A stretch of 63,497 nucleotides of DNA, the filler included, from Craspedostauros australis (Eukaryota): the NCBI GenBank assembly GCA_030167865.1. It is 11 parts of 11 records of this genome, joined end to end, with 100 filler letters (N's around TTAATTAATTAA, not from the genome) between each part and the next. Parts side by side here need not be neighbours in the genome. Positions count along the whole stretch, not along the records: positions 22,943 to 26,436 come from JALAGF010004618.1; positions 26,537 to 34,890 come from JALAGF010004619.1; positions 34,991 to 40,476 come from JALAGF010004620.1; 8 more parts are not named here. One strand, written 5' to 3'. Below, piece by piece: positions 22,943 to 35,199 of this stretch. The first letter of the stretch is position 1. Every line of letters begins with the position of its first letter. The translations under genes and the position numbers were made by a program. The notes under the pieces were generated by a model, which was not told the origin of the DNA, ran no database searches, and saw only the letters and a program-made list of their open reading frames with translations.

Positions 22943-23850
22943 GAATAGAGCATTCGATCATCTTTCCTGTCTGGGTTCCTCGATGCACCTCATCAAATGC
23001 AAGCTGTATTTGTGAAATCAGCTGGGCGTTGGCCGGGTTAATGATTCCCAACCCGCCAAGCGAGGTTGTNNNNNNNNNNNNNNNNNNNNNNNNNNNNNNN
23101 NNNNNNNNNNNNNNNNNNNNNNNNNNNNNNNNNNNNNNNNNNNNNNNNNGTCGCCATTGTTGTCTGGAAAGCTGCGTCATTGGCAGGGCATACTCGATCG
23201 TCTTCAGGAACCTCAGCGATAGCGCCGACTTAGCATCTTCCGGTGATATCTGTGATGTCCGCATTCTGTCTCCGAAATCCTCGGCCTTCACTCGCATCCT
23301 CTGCATCTGCTCTGTCTGGTCGCCATCAAAATCAATGAACACTCCCAGTGTGAACAGGGGTTGGTCCATTGTCTTGTAGGGTATCTCTGGCCTGACACCG
23401 TTTGCGTCCTCGATTTGGATGGTGGTGCGGGTGTCGACGTCCTTCCAGCCCCACTCGTCTTTGACGAACTCGGGCTGGATGGCCCACCAAGCTGACTTAG
23501 CAGGAACCAACGCCCCGCCTGTCACTCTCAACAGCCGGCTCCAGTCGTGGACCATACTCTTGAATGCCTCCGTGTCGGCTCCTTCGCTGCCTGTGACCTC
23601 CAGTCGGACCAGATCCGTGTCGTCAACAAACGCCGAGCCAAGGATCTCAATGACCTCTCCGTCGGGCGTCGTCACTTGGGATGCATGCCCCAACTTGAGC
23701 ATAGCATTGAATATCACGGAGCTGATGACAGCCCAAATCGCAGGGCCCGCTCCGTTGCCTTGTCCAATGCAGTTAGGAATCGGGCGTAGTCGGCGCGAAT
23801 CGGTGGAGGATGTCTCTTGGATCTGCCGGCTTCGGGATAGCCGTGTGATG
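22943..23850 (-). mobile_element. Non-LTR retrotransposon reverse transcriptase fragment
   Basis: GQGNGAGPAIW, AFVDDTDL (YADD equivalent), TGGALVPAKS, TLGV and GGLG motifs. Confidence 0.85.
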
Positions 23851-23851
23851 A

Positions 23852-24451
23852 AGTTCAAGAAAGGTGTACTGATTGAAGAGTTAACTGTAACGATGAGAAG
23901 TAGAGTGCTTTGTAGCTAATCCTTGTCTGTTTTATGAGTTAGCTTGTGGTGTTAGTAGGGTGAAGAAACGATGTCACCCAACTTGGCGAGACCCTGCACT
24001 GATGTACTTGGTTCAGTGCTACAGGGTGGACGATCATTACAGTGCCTTGCTCTCCATACATGTAGATACACTGCAGTGTAGATCATGACGCCTGGTCGTG
24101 ACGATCATGAAGCTGTGGCTGTGGCTGGAGCTGACCCTCGGATTCCATTGCTCGAGTTGAAGCAGGTTGGATACACACGTCAAAACTACGGCAGTGGTGC
24201 AGTAGTCATCAGCATGAAGGGAATCGAGGTATGTTGTAGTAAAAGGATCTGAGGAGCATATAGTTCCCAAGGTGTGGTGTGAGTCAGGTCGGTCATGTTT
24301 GAGTCATGATGGATTCGTGAATGGAGGAAAGGAAGGAGGAGAAAAGATTTGGTGGTCAATCAAGTCGGAAGATTTCGCGCCAAAACAAGAATTTCTCCCG
24401 TCGGGTTGATACCGTGTTCGGTAATAGTCTGTCCCTCATTGAATCTCAACT
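23852..24451 (-). repeat. Solo-like LTR of the copia family at 62016-63497 (left boundary tentative)
   Basis: 24051-24451 is closely similar to 62016-62417. Both copies end at ...GAATCTCAACT, which abuts the PPT in the 62-kb copy. The element interrupts the non-LTR RT. No TSD found. Confidence 0.75.
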
Positions 24452-25096
24452 GTCACACGGACTTTGCGTTGGAGGAGGATGACGCATCCAACACGACCAC
24501 CAAGAAGCCAACTGCAGCAGGCAACAAAGGCAAATCAGCTGGCTTCAAATATGCCAAGCCCGACATCGAAGGTATGTATGATGGTGCCCTCAAGGTGATG
24601 GCTGTCAGTGGACTGCAGTGCCTGAAAACGAACCTGCCAACAACCAGCAGCCTCATTCCGTTGCTGGAGGAGCAAATCGTCGCGACCACCAAAGCCAATG
24701 AGGAGGCTGAACACCAGAAGAAAGGCAAGAAGAAGAAGACGCCCAACAAGAGCAAAGCCGAGATCATTGGGCCTCGCAACAGCAATAGCAAAGCCAAAGC
24801 AGCACCCACCATGAACGCATTCAACGTGGCCATGTTCGCTGGCAAGGACGAGCATCACAGCAAAGCAGAGGAGGATACCAATACAGCAGAGGTGTAGCTG
24901 CAAATCGAAGTAGTAGTAGTATATGTTATAGGCACACCTGTGATCGGAGTGCCTATGTGCGCATCGTCTGCTTGATGGCATGGAGGATTGTGGTGTGTGG
25001 TGTGTGTTTTGTGATGTGATGTGTCGTGTATGATGTTTGTTTTGTGTTTTGTGATGAGTGATGTGAATTGTGTGGCGCGGACCGTTTTTTTTTAGG

Positions 25097-25152
25097 AAGT
25101 TCACTAACCAGGTCGTTTTGGAGGCCAAAGTCCACTAACCAGGTCGTTTTGG
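25097..25152. repeat. Two-copy 25-bp direct repeat (31-bp period)
   Basis: aagt(t/c)cactaaccaggtcgttttgg at 25097 and 25128. Confidence 0.8.
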
Positions 25153-25539
25153 TGCCCGACACGATGATTGGATGACTGAAATGGCCGGCGTGTCTCTACG
25201 ACAACATCGAAAATATTAACTTAGCCGTGAAGTAAACACATCAACCATGTCCCTGTCTAGTAGTGTAGAGTACTCCAGTTTTTGATGGTGTTGATGAATC
25301 CTGTTCTGCGGAAGACGAGGAGAGGGTTAAACCAACTATATTGCATACTGGCATCGGTCATGGGCATGTACCTACCTTGGGACGGTCCAGATCCAGCTGT
25401 AACGAGTGATAAATCTCATATTGCCAGTTCTCATGATACCGTTCGGTCACTGTGTGTACTATGTTGGTCATGTGTGCATACAAAATGTCAAGCATACTTG
25501 ATTAAAACAACTCCACCACTCCGAGAACACCTCAGCAAG

Positions 25540-26420
25540 TACAGTCACGAAGTATGAGGTCTCCAGTCCATCTGGAAGGCATCCATATCTGAGAATCAAG
25601 ATTTCGAGTGGTGTTGTGGGTGACAGTACTGTGAGCTACGCACCATACTGTGCAGTAGATTGTCAAAATTTGCATAGAAAATGTCAATCGCAATGAAATC
25701 CAACCAGGCGCCCACTTCCAACACACTCCAAAGGATCTGGTCACGAAGTATGAGGTCTCCAGCCCATCTGGAAGGTAGTCAAATCTGATATTCTAAATTT
25801 CGAGTGGTGTTGTGCGTGACAGTACTGCGAGCTACGCACCATACTGTACAGTAGATTTCTCATATGTGCATAGAAAATGTCAATCACAATCAAATACAAC
25901 CTTGCGAGCACTTACAACACACTCCAAAGGATCTGGCCACGAAGTATGAGGTCCTAGATCCATCTGGAAGGTATCCATATCTGGATGTGGAGATTTTGTG
26001 TGGTGTTGTGGGTGGCAGTACAACGAGGTACGCACCATACTGTACAGTAGATTGTCAAAATGTGGATAGAAAATGTCAATCACAATGAAATCCAACCTGA
26101 CGAGCACTTACAACACACCCCAAAGCATCTGTTCACGAAGCATGAGGTCTCCAATCCATCTGGAAGGCATCCATATCTGGATGTGGAGATTTTGTGTGGT
26201 GCTGTGGGTGACAGTACTGCTAGCCATGCACCAAACTGCACAGTAGATTGTCAAAATGTGCATATAAACTGTCAATCGCAATCGAATCCAACCCAGCGCG
26301 CACTTACGACACACGCCAAAGGATCTGGCCACGAAGAATGAGGTCCTAGATTCATCTGGAAGGTGTTCAAATCGATGGATCTAGATTCCGAGTGGTGCTG
26401 TGGGTGGCAGTCCGGTGCTC
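25540..26420. repeat. 196-bp tandem satellite, about 4.5 diverged copies
   Basis: Anchor cacgaag..tgaggtc at 25546, 25742, 25938, 26134 and 26330, an exact 196-bp period. Confidence 0.93.
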
Positions 26421-26536
26421 CATCTACCTCACAAGANNNNNNNNNNNNNNNNNNNNNNNNNNNNNNNNNNNNNNNNNNNNTTAATTAATTAANNNNNNNN
26501 NNNNNNNNNNNNNNNNNNNNNNNNNNNNNNNNNNNN

Positions 26537-26727
26537 TGGTGCGATGCAAGCAGATACTGGACCACGTCGATGCAATTCCACCGACAAGCAAGATGAAGAG
26601 CTGTGTCGCCTTGTTCGTCTGGAGCATTGAGAAGATGATCCGCTTGGCCTGACTCAAGGGTGGATCGCGCTGTTTCAACGTCATCTGTTCGGCACGCTAT
26701 GCGCAAGGCTCTGATCGGATCAGCCAT
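26537..26727 (-). CDS. Ankyrin-repeat protein, N-terminal fragment truncated by gap
   Basis: NAPDEQGDTALHLAC...DVVQYLL. Confidence 0.75.
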
Positions 26728-27789
26728 TCCTTATTTTAGCGTCCAACGCAACGTATTATATTTGGATTGAGACAGGGAGGCGGCACGAGATAAAGACAAT
26801 GAGGCAGTGGTGTGAGCGCGGGTGTAGATGAGTCATCTGCCGATCCATTTATTCGCAAGCCCCCCCTGGAGAGACTGCCAACAGACCGCTCACGCCGAGC
26901 CGCAAAGCAGCTGGGTGGGCAGGCGGATGTGGAGACCGTCACTCACTTGATTATGATCGGGAGAATGAGGCTAATGTGCCCACCGCGAGATGCGACGGAG
27001 GTGGGTAATCGTGCGACGACTGCAAGGAAGTGGTGGGTAGATGCGGATGCGATGGGAGCCGAGCAGAGACGAATGGAGAGGTTCGAGTGAGGAGGCGACG
27101 AGTTTGTGTCCAGGGGTGCTGAGGGCAAGTCCTTTGTTGTGTGATGCTGCACTTTGTGATGTACTGTTGCACAGAGGCTGCCTGACAATGTACACGGAAG
27201 CGCGATCTGGACTGCGCAGACGAGATGGGGTACCCAGTCGTGGTGTTGGTTGCATTTTTTGCCTTGCGCGTCGCTTTCTGTGATTTTGTTGTGTGAAGAT
27301 ACACGACTGGAATCTTCCGACAACACAACGCGCTTGACACGACTGGATCATGCGTACACAACAGAAACAAAGGTAGACGCCAAACTTCTTCCAGTTCTGT
27401 CAAGATTGCACTCGACATGGCAGCTACCAACGGCAGTGCAAGATCAGTGTTACTACTCTGCAATCACGATCATTCGTCTCGTGGACCTTGGTGGTGAACG
27501 AGACAGCGTATAGTGGAGAGGTGTCGTGACGATCCAATCATGGATCGATCCTTGCAGTTCGCCGACATTCCACAGCCTCGTTGTCAATCATTTTGCCCAA
27601 GAACGTGAGCGTAGATGCTGAACCGATGCACGTTGGGCAATGACAACATCTGCCTCGCACCAGGTCAAACTACACTGGCCATGCTATGTTATGATGAGAT
27701 GGCAGTCATCACACAAAACCACATTGAGTTGTCTATCCTCTGCAGCACGAACGTGGTGCTCAATTGAATCTTGACATTCTATTATATGT

Positions 27790-29876
27790 TTACTGCGCCT
27801 TCTTGGACCCTGATACGATGTCATCAATTCGACTGTTGGAATGCAAAACAAAGCAAAGCAAAGAAGCGTGAGCACACGAATTGTTCGCAATAACATTGGA
27901 CAAGAAAACACAAATCAACCCCCTCGCGATGCGCCATCTCTTTGCATCACTTACAGTATCATGCAGGCGTTCTCGATGGCCGTCTTGATCGTTTGAATCT
28001 TGACGGAGAACGGCTCCCAGATGCCATAATCGTTCATGTCCACGAGTTCGCCCGTCATGCCGTTGATGCCGATATGGCACTTCGTGTTGCCGGCGTCGTA
28101 GGCCATGGCGTGCTTGGCGCGCAATTCTGTGACGATGCGAATGACGGAGACTCCGCAGTTCTGCGCGAGGGTGCGTGGGATGACTTCCATGGATTCGCCG
28201 ACCGCGATGAAGGGTGCCTGCTGGATGCCCTGCAGCGCCTGACCTTGCTTGCGCAGGGCGACGGAGACCGCCATCTCGGTGGCACCGCCACCTGGGAGGA
28301 GCCTTGGATTGTAGACGACGTTGCGGACCACCTGCATGGCATCCTGGAGGTTGCGCTCGACCTCGTTGAGCACATCCTTGCTCCCGCCCCGCAGGACGAT
28401 GGAGCACGCCTTGGGATTGTCACATTTCTCCAGGAAGCAGAACCAGTCATCGCCGAGCTTTCGCATGTCGAAGAGGCCGCATCCGGTGCCGATGTCGGAC
28501 TCCTGGATCTCATCCGTCCGGCTGACGATGGTGGCACCGACGGCCTTGGCGGCGCGGTTATTGTCCGTCTTTCGGAGACGGCGAAAGGCCGTGATATTGG
28601 CCTTCTGCAGGAAGTGCTGCGCCAGATCGCTAACCCCCTTCTCTGTGATGACGATGTCCGGCTTGTGCGAGATGATATCACGGCACATGTTCTCCACGTA
28701 CTCCTCCTCGAGCTTGAGGATGGCGTTCCAATCCTGATCGTCCGTGATCTCCATGTTGGTCTGCGATTCTCCCTTTTTGTATTCCAGCGGCGTGTCGAGC
28801 AGAAGGATGCGCGGGTTCTCGATGCGACGGCGCATCTTGGAGTGGGTGACATCCTTCTGGAAGAGGATGCCCTTGAGCACCTGGCAGTCCGAAAGCTCGC
28901 CTCCCGGGATCTTCTCCACCTTCGCGTACCGCTTGATGTCGACGTGCGTCTGATGGTGGTAGTCCTGCGCGGGCGTGCCGCTGGCGTTCCCGCTCGCGAT
29001 GACGGAGGTGGTCTTGTCTTCCGCCACCGTGAGGACGGCCTGGATGGCCATGTCGACGAGGAGATCGTTCCAGCGGCTGCTGAATTTGGTGCCAAGCGAG
29101 CTGTTGACCAGCTTCGTGACGTACTCCGTATCCTTCTGCACATCGACCGTGATCGCCAGCTTCTCGCAAACATCCAACGCCGCCGTCAACGCCTTCGTGT
29201 AGGCCTGCACCAGCACGGTCGGGTGGTAGTTGCCCAGCAGAAAGGGCTCCGCCGCCGACAGGACCTGCGCGGACAGGACGATGACGGACGTGGTTCCATC
29301 CCCGACCTCCTCATCCTGCGCTCTGGACAGCTCGATCATGCTCTTCGCGGTGGGATGGCTGACATCGACCTCGCGCAGGATGCAGTGGCCGTCATTGGTC
29401 ATGACCACGCCTCCCATGGGATCCAGCAGCATCTTGAGCATGGACTGCGGTCCCAGCGTCGTGCGGATGATGTTGGCCACCGCCTTGGCGGCCGCGATGT
29501 TGCCCAGCTGCGCCTGTCGGCCCGTTTGTCGCTGAGTTTTGGTGTCTGCAATGCGATGTGATGTTATGTGATGTATTGGTGCAACAGAGTATTCATGAAT
29601 GAATGAGATGAATGGACGAGATGAATGGAAGAGATGAATGAATGAAATGAATGAAGGAGTGCATGGATCTGTGAGTAAGGGAACTGGAGTACTCTATCGT
29701 GTGGCTGATCATTGACGAAGGCATGATGCTCGCACTGCAGAACTCAACAGCGTGGACAGTTCGATGAACGCAACATGATGAACCCAGTGCAAAGGATGAA
29801 CTGCAGAAGCGCATTTACATGCATTGGGGCACTTACTCAAGACCATGACAGGTCCCATTCCTCGAGGGGCTTGCAT
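27790..29876 (-). CDS. CCT3: T-complex protein 1 subunit gamma; exons 29876-29837, 29545-27955, 27832-27790
   Basis: RTTLGPQSMLKMLLDPMGG, MTNDG, QDEEVGDGTTSV, EYKKGESQTN and C-terminal LRIDDIVSG. Both GT-AG introns restore the frame. Confidence 0.95.
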
Positions 29877-30384
29877 CTTTCTTCTGTTTCTTCCTGTGCT
29901 GTGCACGTATCTCCAATTCTTTCCCGACGATCTATGGTACCTCTGATCAGCAGTGGCAACGGGTGGTATCTATGATACGATGGAACGCAATGAAAGGTGT
30001 CTGAACGTGGCCGTCTGCCTCGTGTTTGGCTTCCCACAAATCTTGGCGCAGCACCAACCACGATAAGATCACCAAAGACGGCGATGGACGAAAACTTGAA
30101 ATTTGCGGAACGCCATTGTCGGTGTTTGGCATCTGTCGGAGGACAGACGGTTGTTGAGGAGAACTAGCGAAGTACTATTGAATTTCAACTAGTGTAGAGT
30201 AGAGTGTCGCCGTCGCAATTTGCCCAAACCGCTCCGGCTACAATGATGGAGGCATAGCACGACCAAACAAATCGATGCATCCACAGCCAGGGCCATCCAC
30301 CCATTCACTTGACTAGTATAATTACAACTTGGAATGCAAGATGTAGCAATGCTAATTGTGCTTTCCATTAATATTATAATACCA

Positions 30385-32658
30385 TCACATGAAAACTCCC
30401 CTCGAGTCGTCACGTCGGGCAGCTGCCATGTTCAAAATTGCTGCCCTTCCCCCGCTGCATGCATCGCCTGGACATTCGGAATCATCCTGTGTCGACATGT
30501 GCGATGAGTCATCATTGTACTCGTATGTGCTCGCGGGGCTCTCGTTGTGAAGGCTCACGGCCGAAGTGCCTTGGGTGCTGTCACTGTGCTTGGATCTCGC
30601 GCCTTCTGCGACCGGCCTTGGCGTGCTGCTACTCGAGCTGTTGTTCGTGCTGTTACTTGTGCTGTTGCTCGTGTCCGGTGTATCCGTGGTACTGTCGTGA
30701 TCTGCGCTGTCGTGATCTGCGCAGTCGTCATGCTGCTGCTGCTGTTGACCATGATACTGTCTTGTATCTTCTGCCGCATGATTCAAATGAACGTCGTTTC
30801 CATCACTGATATCCTTCAAATCGGTCATGACCTCTTCGCATGAGCTCGTTGACGACTCGTGCAAGTCGGAACCACCGAGCTTGACATCCTTGGCCGTACC
30901 AGAAGCGACGCAGGTGGAGGAGAACGCATTGTCGTTGCTGTTTCTAATGTGATGAGTACTGCCATTTCTGCTGGCTCCCAATCCTCCTCGATGCTCCATG
31001 CTGCTCGTGGGCCTAGACGAATGCTGCGCTGCGAAGGCCGTCGCCCTGCTCAGGCGCTCCTGCTGCCGGGCCTCGGCCCTGATCGCTTCCTGGTTGTCGA
31101 GGCACGAGCACCGCCATCGATTGCACGTCAACCACTTGCACAGAGCCTGGCACTGCTGCGCCGAACGCTCGCGATGGTAGATGAAGATCATGCAATTCCA
31201 GAATCCTTGCAACGGCTCGGACAGCGCCGCCAGGTAGTCCACCGCGTACGAGCTGACGTTGAACCAGTGCGCGATGGACCAGACCGTGGAGGGCGCCCAC
31301 GTGACGAGGAAGGACACGGAGTACAGGAATGCCTGCGTGGCCACGCGATGCGTCTCTCGTTTGGCAGCGTCGCTGACCGTGCTCGTCTTGCCTCGCGATG
31401 GTCTGCTCTGAGGTTGAGAGATAGATTGCCTCCTGCCATCCGAAGCAGATGAGGATGCCGCTGCGCTTTTGTCACCTGAAGAGACGAAGGAAGTACCGCG
31501 CGTCGAATGTGTTGCGTTATTCATGACTCTGGCCACATCGTTGCGTTCTGCGGACAGTGTTTGTCCTGTGGTGGTGTCGCTTGAGGAGTGGGTAGGTGAG
31601 TGCAGGCCCTGTTGCACGTTCTTGTTCAAATTCTGTTGCAAGTGCGGCTGTGATTCTGCGGCCGACTGCTGGTGGTGCTGTGGTTTGGGTGACTGAGAAT
31701 ATCGGAGATTCTGGTCATGCTGATGAGGTTCGGCATCATTGCAATCCTCGTATCCATCGCTGTCAGAGCTTTCCGAACCGTCGTGACCATCAAAGTCTCC
31801 TCTGACATGAGCATGCTGCGGCTGCTGGTGATGGTCTATCCCGTTCGGTTGATCCAGACCCGCAGTGTGCTTCGTGCGCTTTGTTGTCCAGAACCGCACC
31901 CACGACTGCCGGTGCAACTTCCTCTGCGCTCTTTGCGCCTGCTTCTCCACCTTCTTGGCATCAGCACCCGCGTACCGCCTGAGCTTGTTGAAGGTCTGTC
32001 GCACAAAGAGGTAGACGGCGGCCATCGCGACGATGACAAAGAAGATGACGATCCATAGCGGACCGTAGAAGAGCCCCAGACCGAATATCCAGGCGTAGTC
32101 GCCGCGCTCGCATTCCTCGTCAGGGTTGTAGGTATAGGAGCTGTGACCGCACCCCTCCGGCTCGCCGATGACCCAGCAGACGTTGCCAACACTGTTGTAC
32201 ATGCCTAGGAATAGACCCAGGATGCTGGTCCCGATGGCAAAGGTGAGCACCACCGTGTGCACCCAAGGCTCGATGCGTCGTAGCGATGCGTCGGTGTAGT
32301 TGTACTTGACGATGAGGAGGTAGTAGAGCGCCAGGGTGCCGTTGTAGAGCGGCGCACCGATGGCCAGCTGCAGCAGGAAGCCCTGGAAGTTGCAGGAGGC
32401 TCGGTTGCCGGCCGCGTACAGGGCGGTGCCCTCGGGGACGGCCCACGTGTTGAGGAACCAACCGAAGCTGGCCATGATGTCGATGCAGGCCATGCCCATC
32501 AAAGCGCGTTGGATGACGGTGCCCTTTCCGACACGATGGTCATGCAGCGACTCGTAGATGATGTAGATGGAGCATGCGATGGAGATGGGTGCGTTGAACT
32601 TGGGCGTCAGCGCCAGTGCTTTCTCCTGGGCCAACGAGAGACCTGAGTCTTCGCCCAT
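30385..32658 (-). CDS. 7TM GPCR-like protein (cAMP-receptor/GCR1-like), 757 aa
   Basis: Seven hydrophobic segments; ASCNFQGFLLQ, VCWV and PLQGFWNCMIF motifs; long low-complexity ICL3 and C-tail. Confidence 0.8.
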   Translation of the reverse strand: MGEDSGLSLAQEKALALTPKFNAPISIACSIYIIYESLHDHRVGKGTVIQRALMGMACIDIMASFGWFLNTWAVPEGTALYAAGNRASCNFQGFLLQLAIGAPLYNGTLALYYLLIVKYNYTDASLRRIEPWVHTVVLTFAIGTSILGLFLGMYNSVGNVCWVIGEPEGCGHSSYTYNPDEECERGDYAWIFGLGLFYGPLWIVIFFVIVAMAAVYLFVRQTFNKLRRYAGADAKKVEKQAQRAQRKLHRQSWVRFWTTKRTKHTAGLDQPNGIDHHQQPQHAHVRGDFDGHDGSESSDSDGYEDCNDAEPHQHDQNLRYSQSPKPQHHQQSAAESQPHLQQNLNKNVQQGLHSPTHSSSDTTTGQTLSAERNDVARVMNNATHSTRGTSFVSSGDKSAAASSSASDGRRQSISQPQSRPSRGKTSTVSDAAKRETHRVATQAFLYSVSFLVTWAPSTVWSIAHWFNVSSYAVDYLAALSEPLQGFWNCMIFIYHRERSAQQCQALCKWLTCNRWRCSCLDNQEAIRAEARQQERLSRATAFAAQHSSRPTSSMEHRGGLGASRNGSTHHIRNSNDNAFSSTCVASGTAKDVKLGGSDLHESSTSSCEEVMTDLKDISDGNDVHLNHAAEDTRQYHGQQQQQHDDCADHDSADHDSTTDTPDTSNSTSNSTNNSSSSSTPRPVAEGARSKHSDSTQGTSAVSLHNESPASTYEYNDDSSHMSTQDDSECPGDACSGGRAAILNMAAARRDDSRGVFM

Positions 32659-35199
32659 GGTTTCCTGCTTGTTCCCCCTGTCTTGAAATGTCAGGTGTCC
32701 ACTGTCCGATGTCCGGAGTCCGGTGCCTTGTCTGTGTTTGCAGATCTACTACTATGGTGGAGTCGTTGTTGTTGCCAGCTATTGCTGCAGTTTTGCAGAG
32801 GAGTGTGATTGTTGGGTGGTATGATAGTCGTATCTACCAGTGTCTGATGGTAGTACAGAGAGCGTCAGTTGTTGGTTGTGCCTGTGACTCGAAACGCTCC
32901 GGGCGTGTGGGACTTGTACGACTATGGTATGTGGAGTATTGGATGTTGCTGGGCTCCGACGGGATGATTGTGCCAGGCTGATCGTGTGTGGTGGGAGCGA
33001 TGTGCTTGCGTGCGCTCGATCGTTGCTGTGTTGTTGGCCCTTGTGCCTTGGTTGCCGTTTCTGCTGGCTGGTGGCGCGAGGGCCTCTCCTGCCGGAAGAG
33101 CGCCGCAGGAGATGGCTGGACTGGTAGCCGAGTTGAGTTGAGTTGGGGGACGGCATCGCATCATGTGGCCACCATCCAAAGCTCCCTTCCATGGTTTGGA
33201 TCTCAAAGAGCCCCAGTTTTGTTGCCTCGGTGATGGTGCCATCGCCGAGACAACGACCACTTTATCCCTGCCCGATTAGCGTTCCTATTCCACTTAAGAG
33301 ACAAATGCCCCCAATGTTTGCTTACGAGACGAGGGAGCTTGACAATCGTGGTACTGCCACAATCCACGTGGCGGAGAAACAGCATCAAGACGGGCTTGCG
33401 AGATGCCTTCGCAGGGAAGAGAAGTGCTCGTTCTTACATTACAGCTACCAGCACACTCCGCGCTGTTCGTAGTCGTGAGAAAGCGGCGAGGAGAACGCCA
33501 AGAATGATCCATTTCCGGTTCATTCGTCGGTTGCATCAACGAACAACAACGGGCATCGCATAAGCCCAAATGTTCTTCAGTACGTTGAAAACAAGAATAT
33601 GGATACCGTATGACTTAAATCCAGTGATCTTGGTTCTCCGGTATGACATTCTATTTTCCTCAAGACGCACTGAAAGCCATGCTCAGCAGTACGAGGTGTT
33701 CTTGGCATAATCCCATCCGCTGTCACGAAGCCGAACGCTGCGCTGTCGCACTCTTGATCGGATCCCTCGTCCCTGACATAATAGAGGGGTTCGAGTGGCC
33801 CCAGAACTTGGGTACTGGGACACGCCGGGCTGTCCGAATTTCAGGGGGAGCCCCGCTATTGAGACTTGTCTGGACGCAATGGAGACAGCCACTTTCGTGG
33901 GGATTTAGGTCTTTGCAATGCCCATGTGACGTCACGATTCGCTTTCTTCCTTCCCTGTTTCCCACACTGTTTCGTCAAACTGTTTGTTTCCTCATGGTAC
34001 CAACATGGTTTTTTGCATTTTTGCCCAATCTGAACCAAAATGATTGATTCGATTGTCCAGATCTCTCTCTTTTTGCATCTCTTGTACGCGAATCATCGCA
34101 TGATTCTTGTCTCTTCTTGTTTACTTCTGTCAAAACTGTGGCCACTGTTCAAAAATAAGGACGATAATGCCAAAACTTGAGTACTTTGATCTGTGGTCTA
34201 TTCGCGTTGTTGGCAACGAGGAGGAGCGTTGGTTTCTTGTGTGGCAATCCATGCTCAACTCTCAACACAACTCATTCAGAAACTCGTTGACAACACCCCC
34301 AATTGACACTACCTCCTCCCTCCCTTCCTTCCAACTCAACTTCATCCGCAGAGCAAGTATGTAGCTCATGTGGAAGTGGGATCAAGAGTGGAAGAAGAAG
34401 CATGCCATGCCAAGAACCCAAGCCACGCCGACAAACAATCCCCAACAACAAATAGACTCCAACACAACAGTCTCCCACCCTCTCATACTCAGCCGCGCCA
34501 GACTTGGCATTCAACAAACACCCATCCATCTATCCATCCCTGCCATGCCATGCCATGCCAATGTGCCTCTAGAGATAGATAGTATCNACACCTGGGGGAT
34601 GCTCCATCCTGTCTCACATCACACCAAACAAAGACTGTCCCAGCTGTAGTGGACAACCTGATGGGATCNGTCACACATTTCCTCACTGTAGCAAAGCAAC
34701 AGAGTTGTCATTCATTGCAGAACCTCCTGACTGTCGCAGATGTGCGGTGCACCAAGTCATGGACTTGGCATGCTATGCTTACGTCACTGATCGTTTCAGC
34801 AATGATACCATCATCCTTTGCAACAATCGAAGTGGGCATGCATGGTGTATACATTGTTCCTTTGCTCTGTCTTCACCATCTCATCAGACCNNNNNNNNNN
34901 NNNNNNNNNNNNNNNNNNNNNNNNNNNNNNNNNNTTAATTAATTAANNNNNNNNNNNNNNNNNNNNNNNNNNNNNNNNNNNNNNNNNNNNAGAAACCCGT
35001 GCAATAGGCACCATCATTAGCAATAGGAGATCATCATCTCATAATCCAAACTCAATCATCAATTGACACACCAATAACTTAGCAAACAACTATCACCAAA
35101 CATCTCCAACTTCACCTATTGGATTGATCACCCAGGCGGCGTAGTAAGTGCAGTGTTTGGTGCTCCCCTCTTGTCCTGTGTGTAATTGCTGATTATCAG

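Noticed and set aside
24349..24897. 182-aa ORF as a gene
   Set aside because: It starts inside the LTR, is low complexity and has no recognisable domain; at most a truncated fragment.
25540..26420. CRISPR array (also considered for the 14-bp and 102-bp repeats)
   Set aside because: Whole units are homologous with no unique spacers, there are no cas genes, and the context is eukaryotic.
27942..29561. Long antisense ORFs (here 539 aa; also 47167-48954, 13646-14983, 4206-5360, 1245-2432)
   Set aside because: Shadows of GC3-rich genes on the opposite strand, with no motifs of their own.
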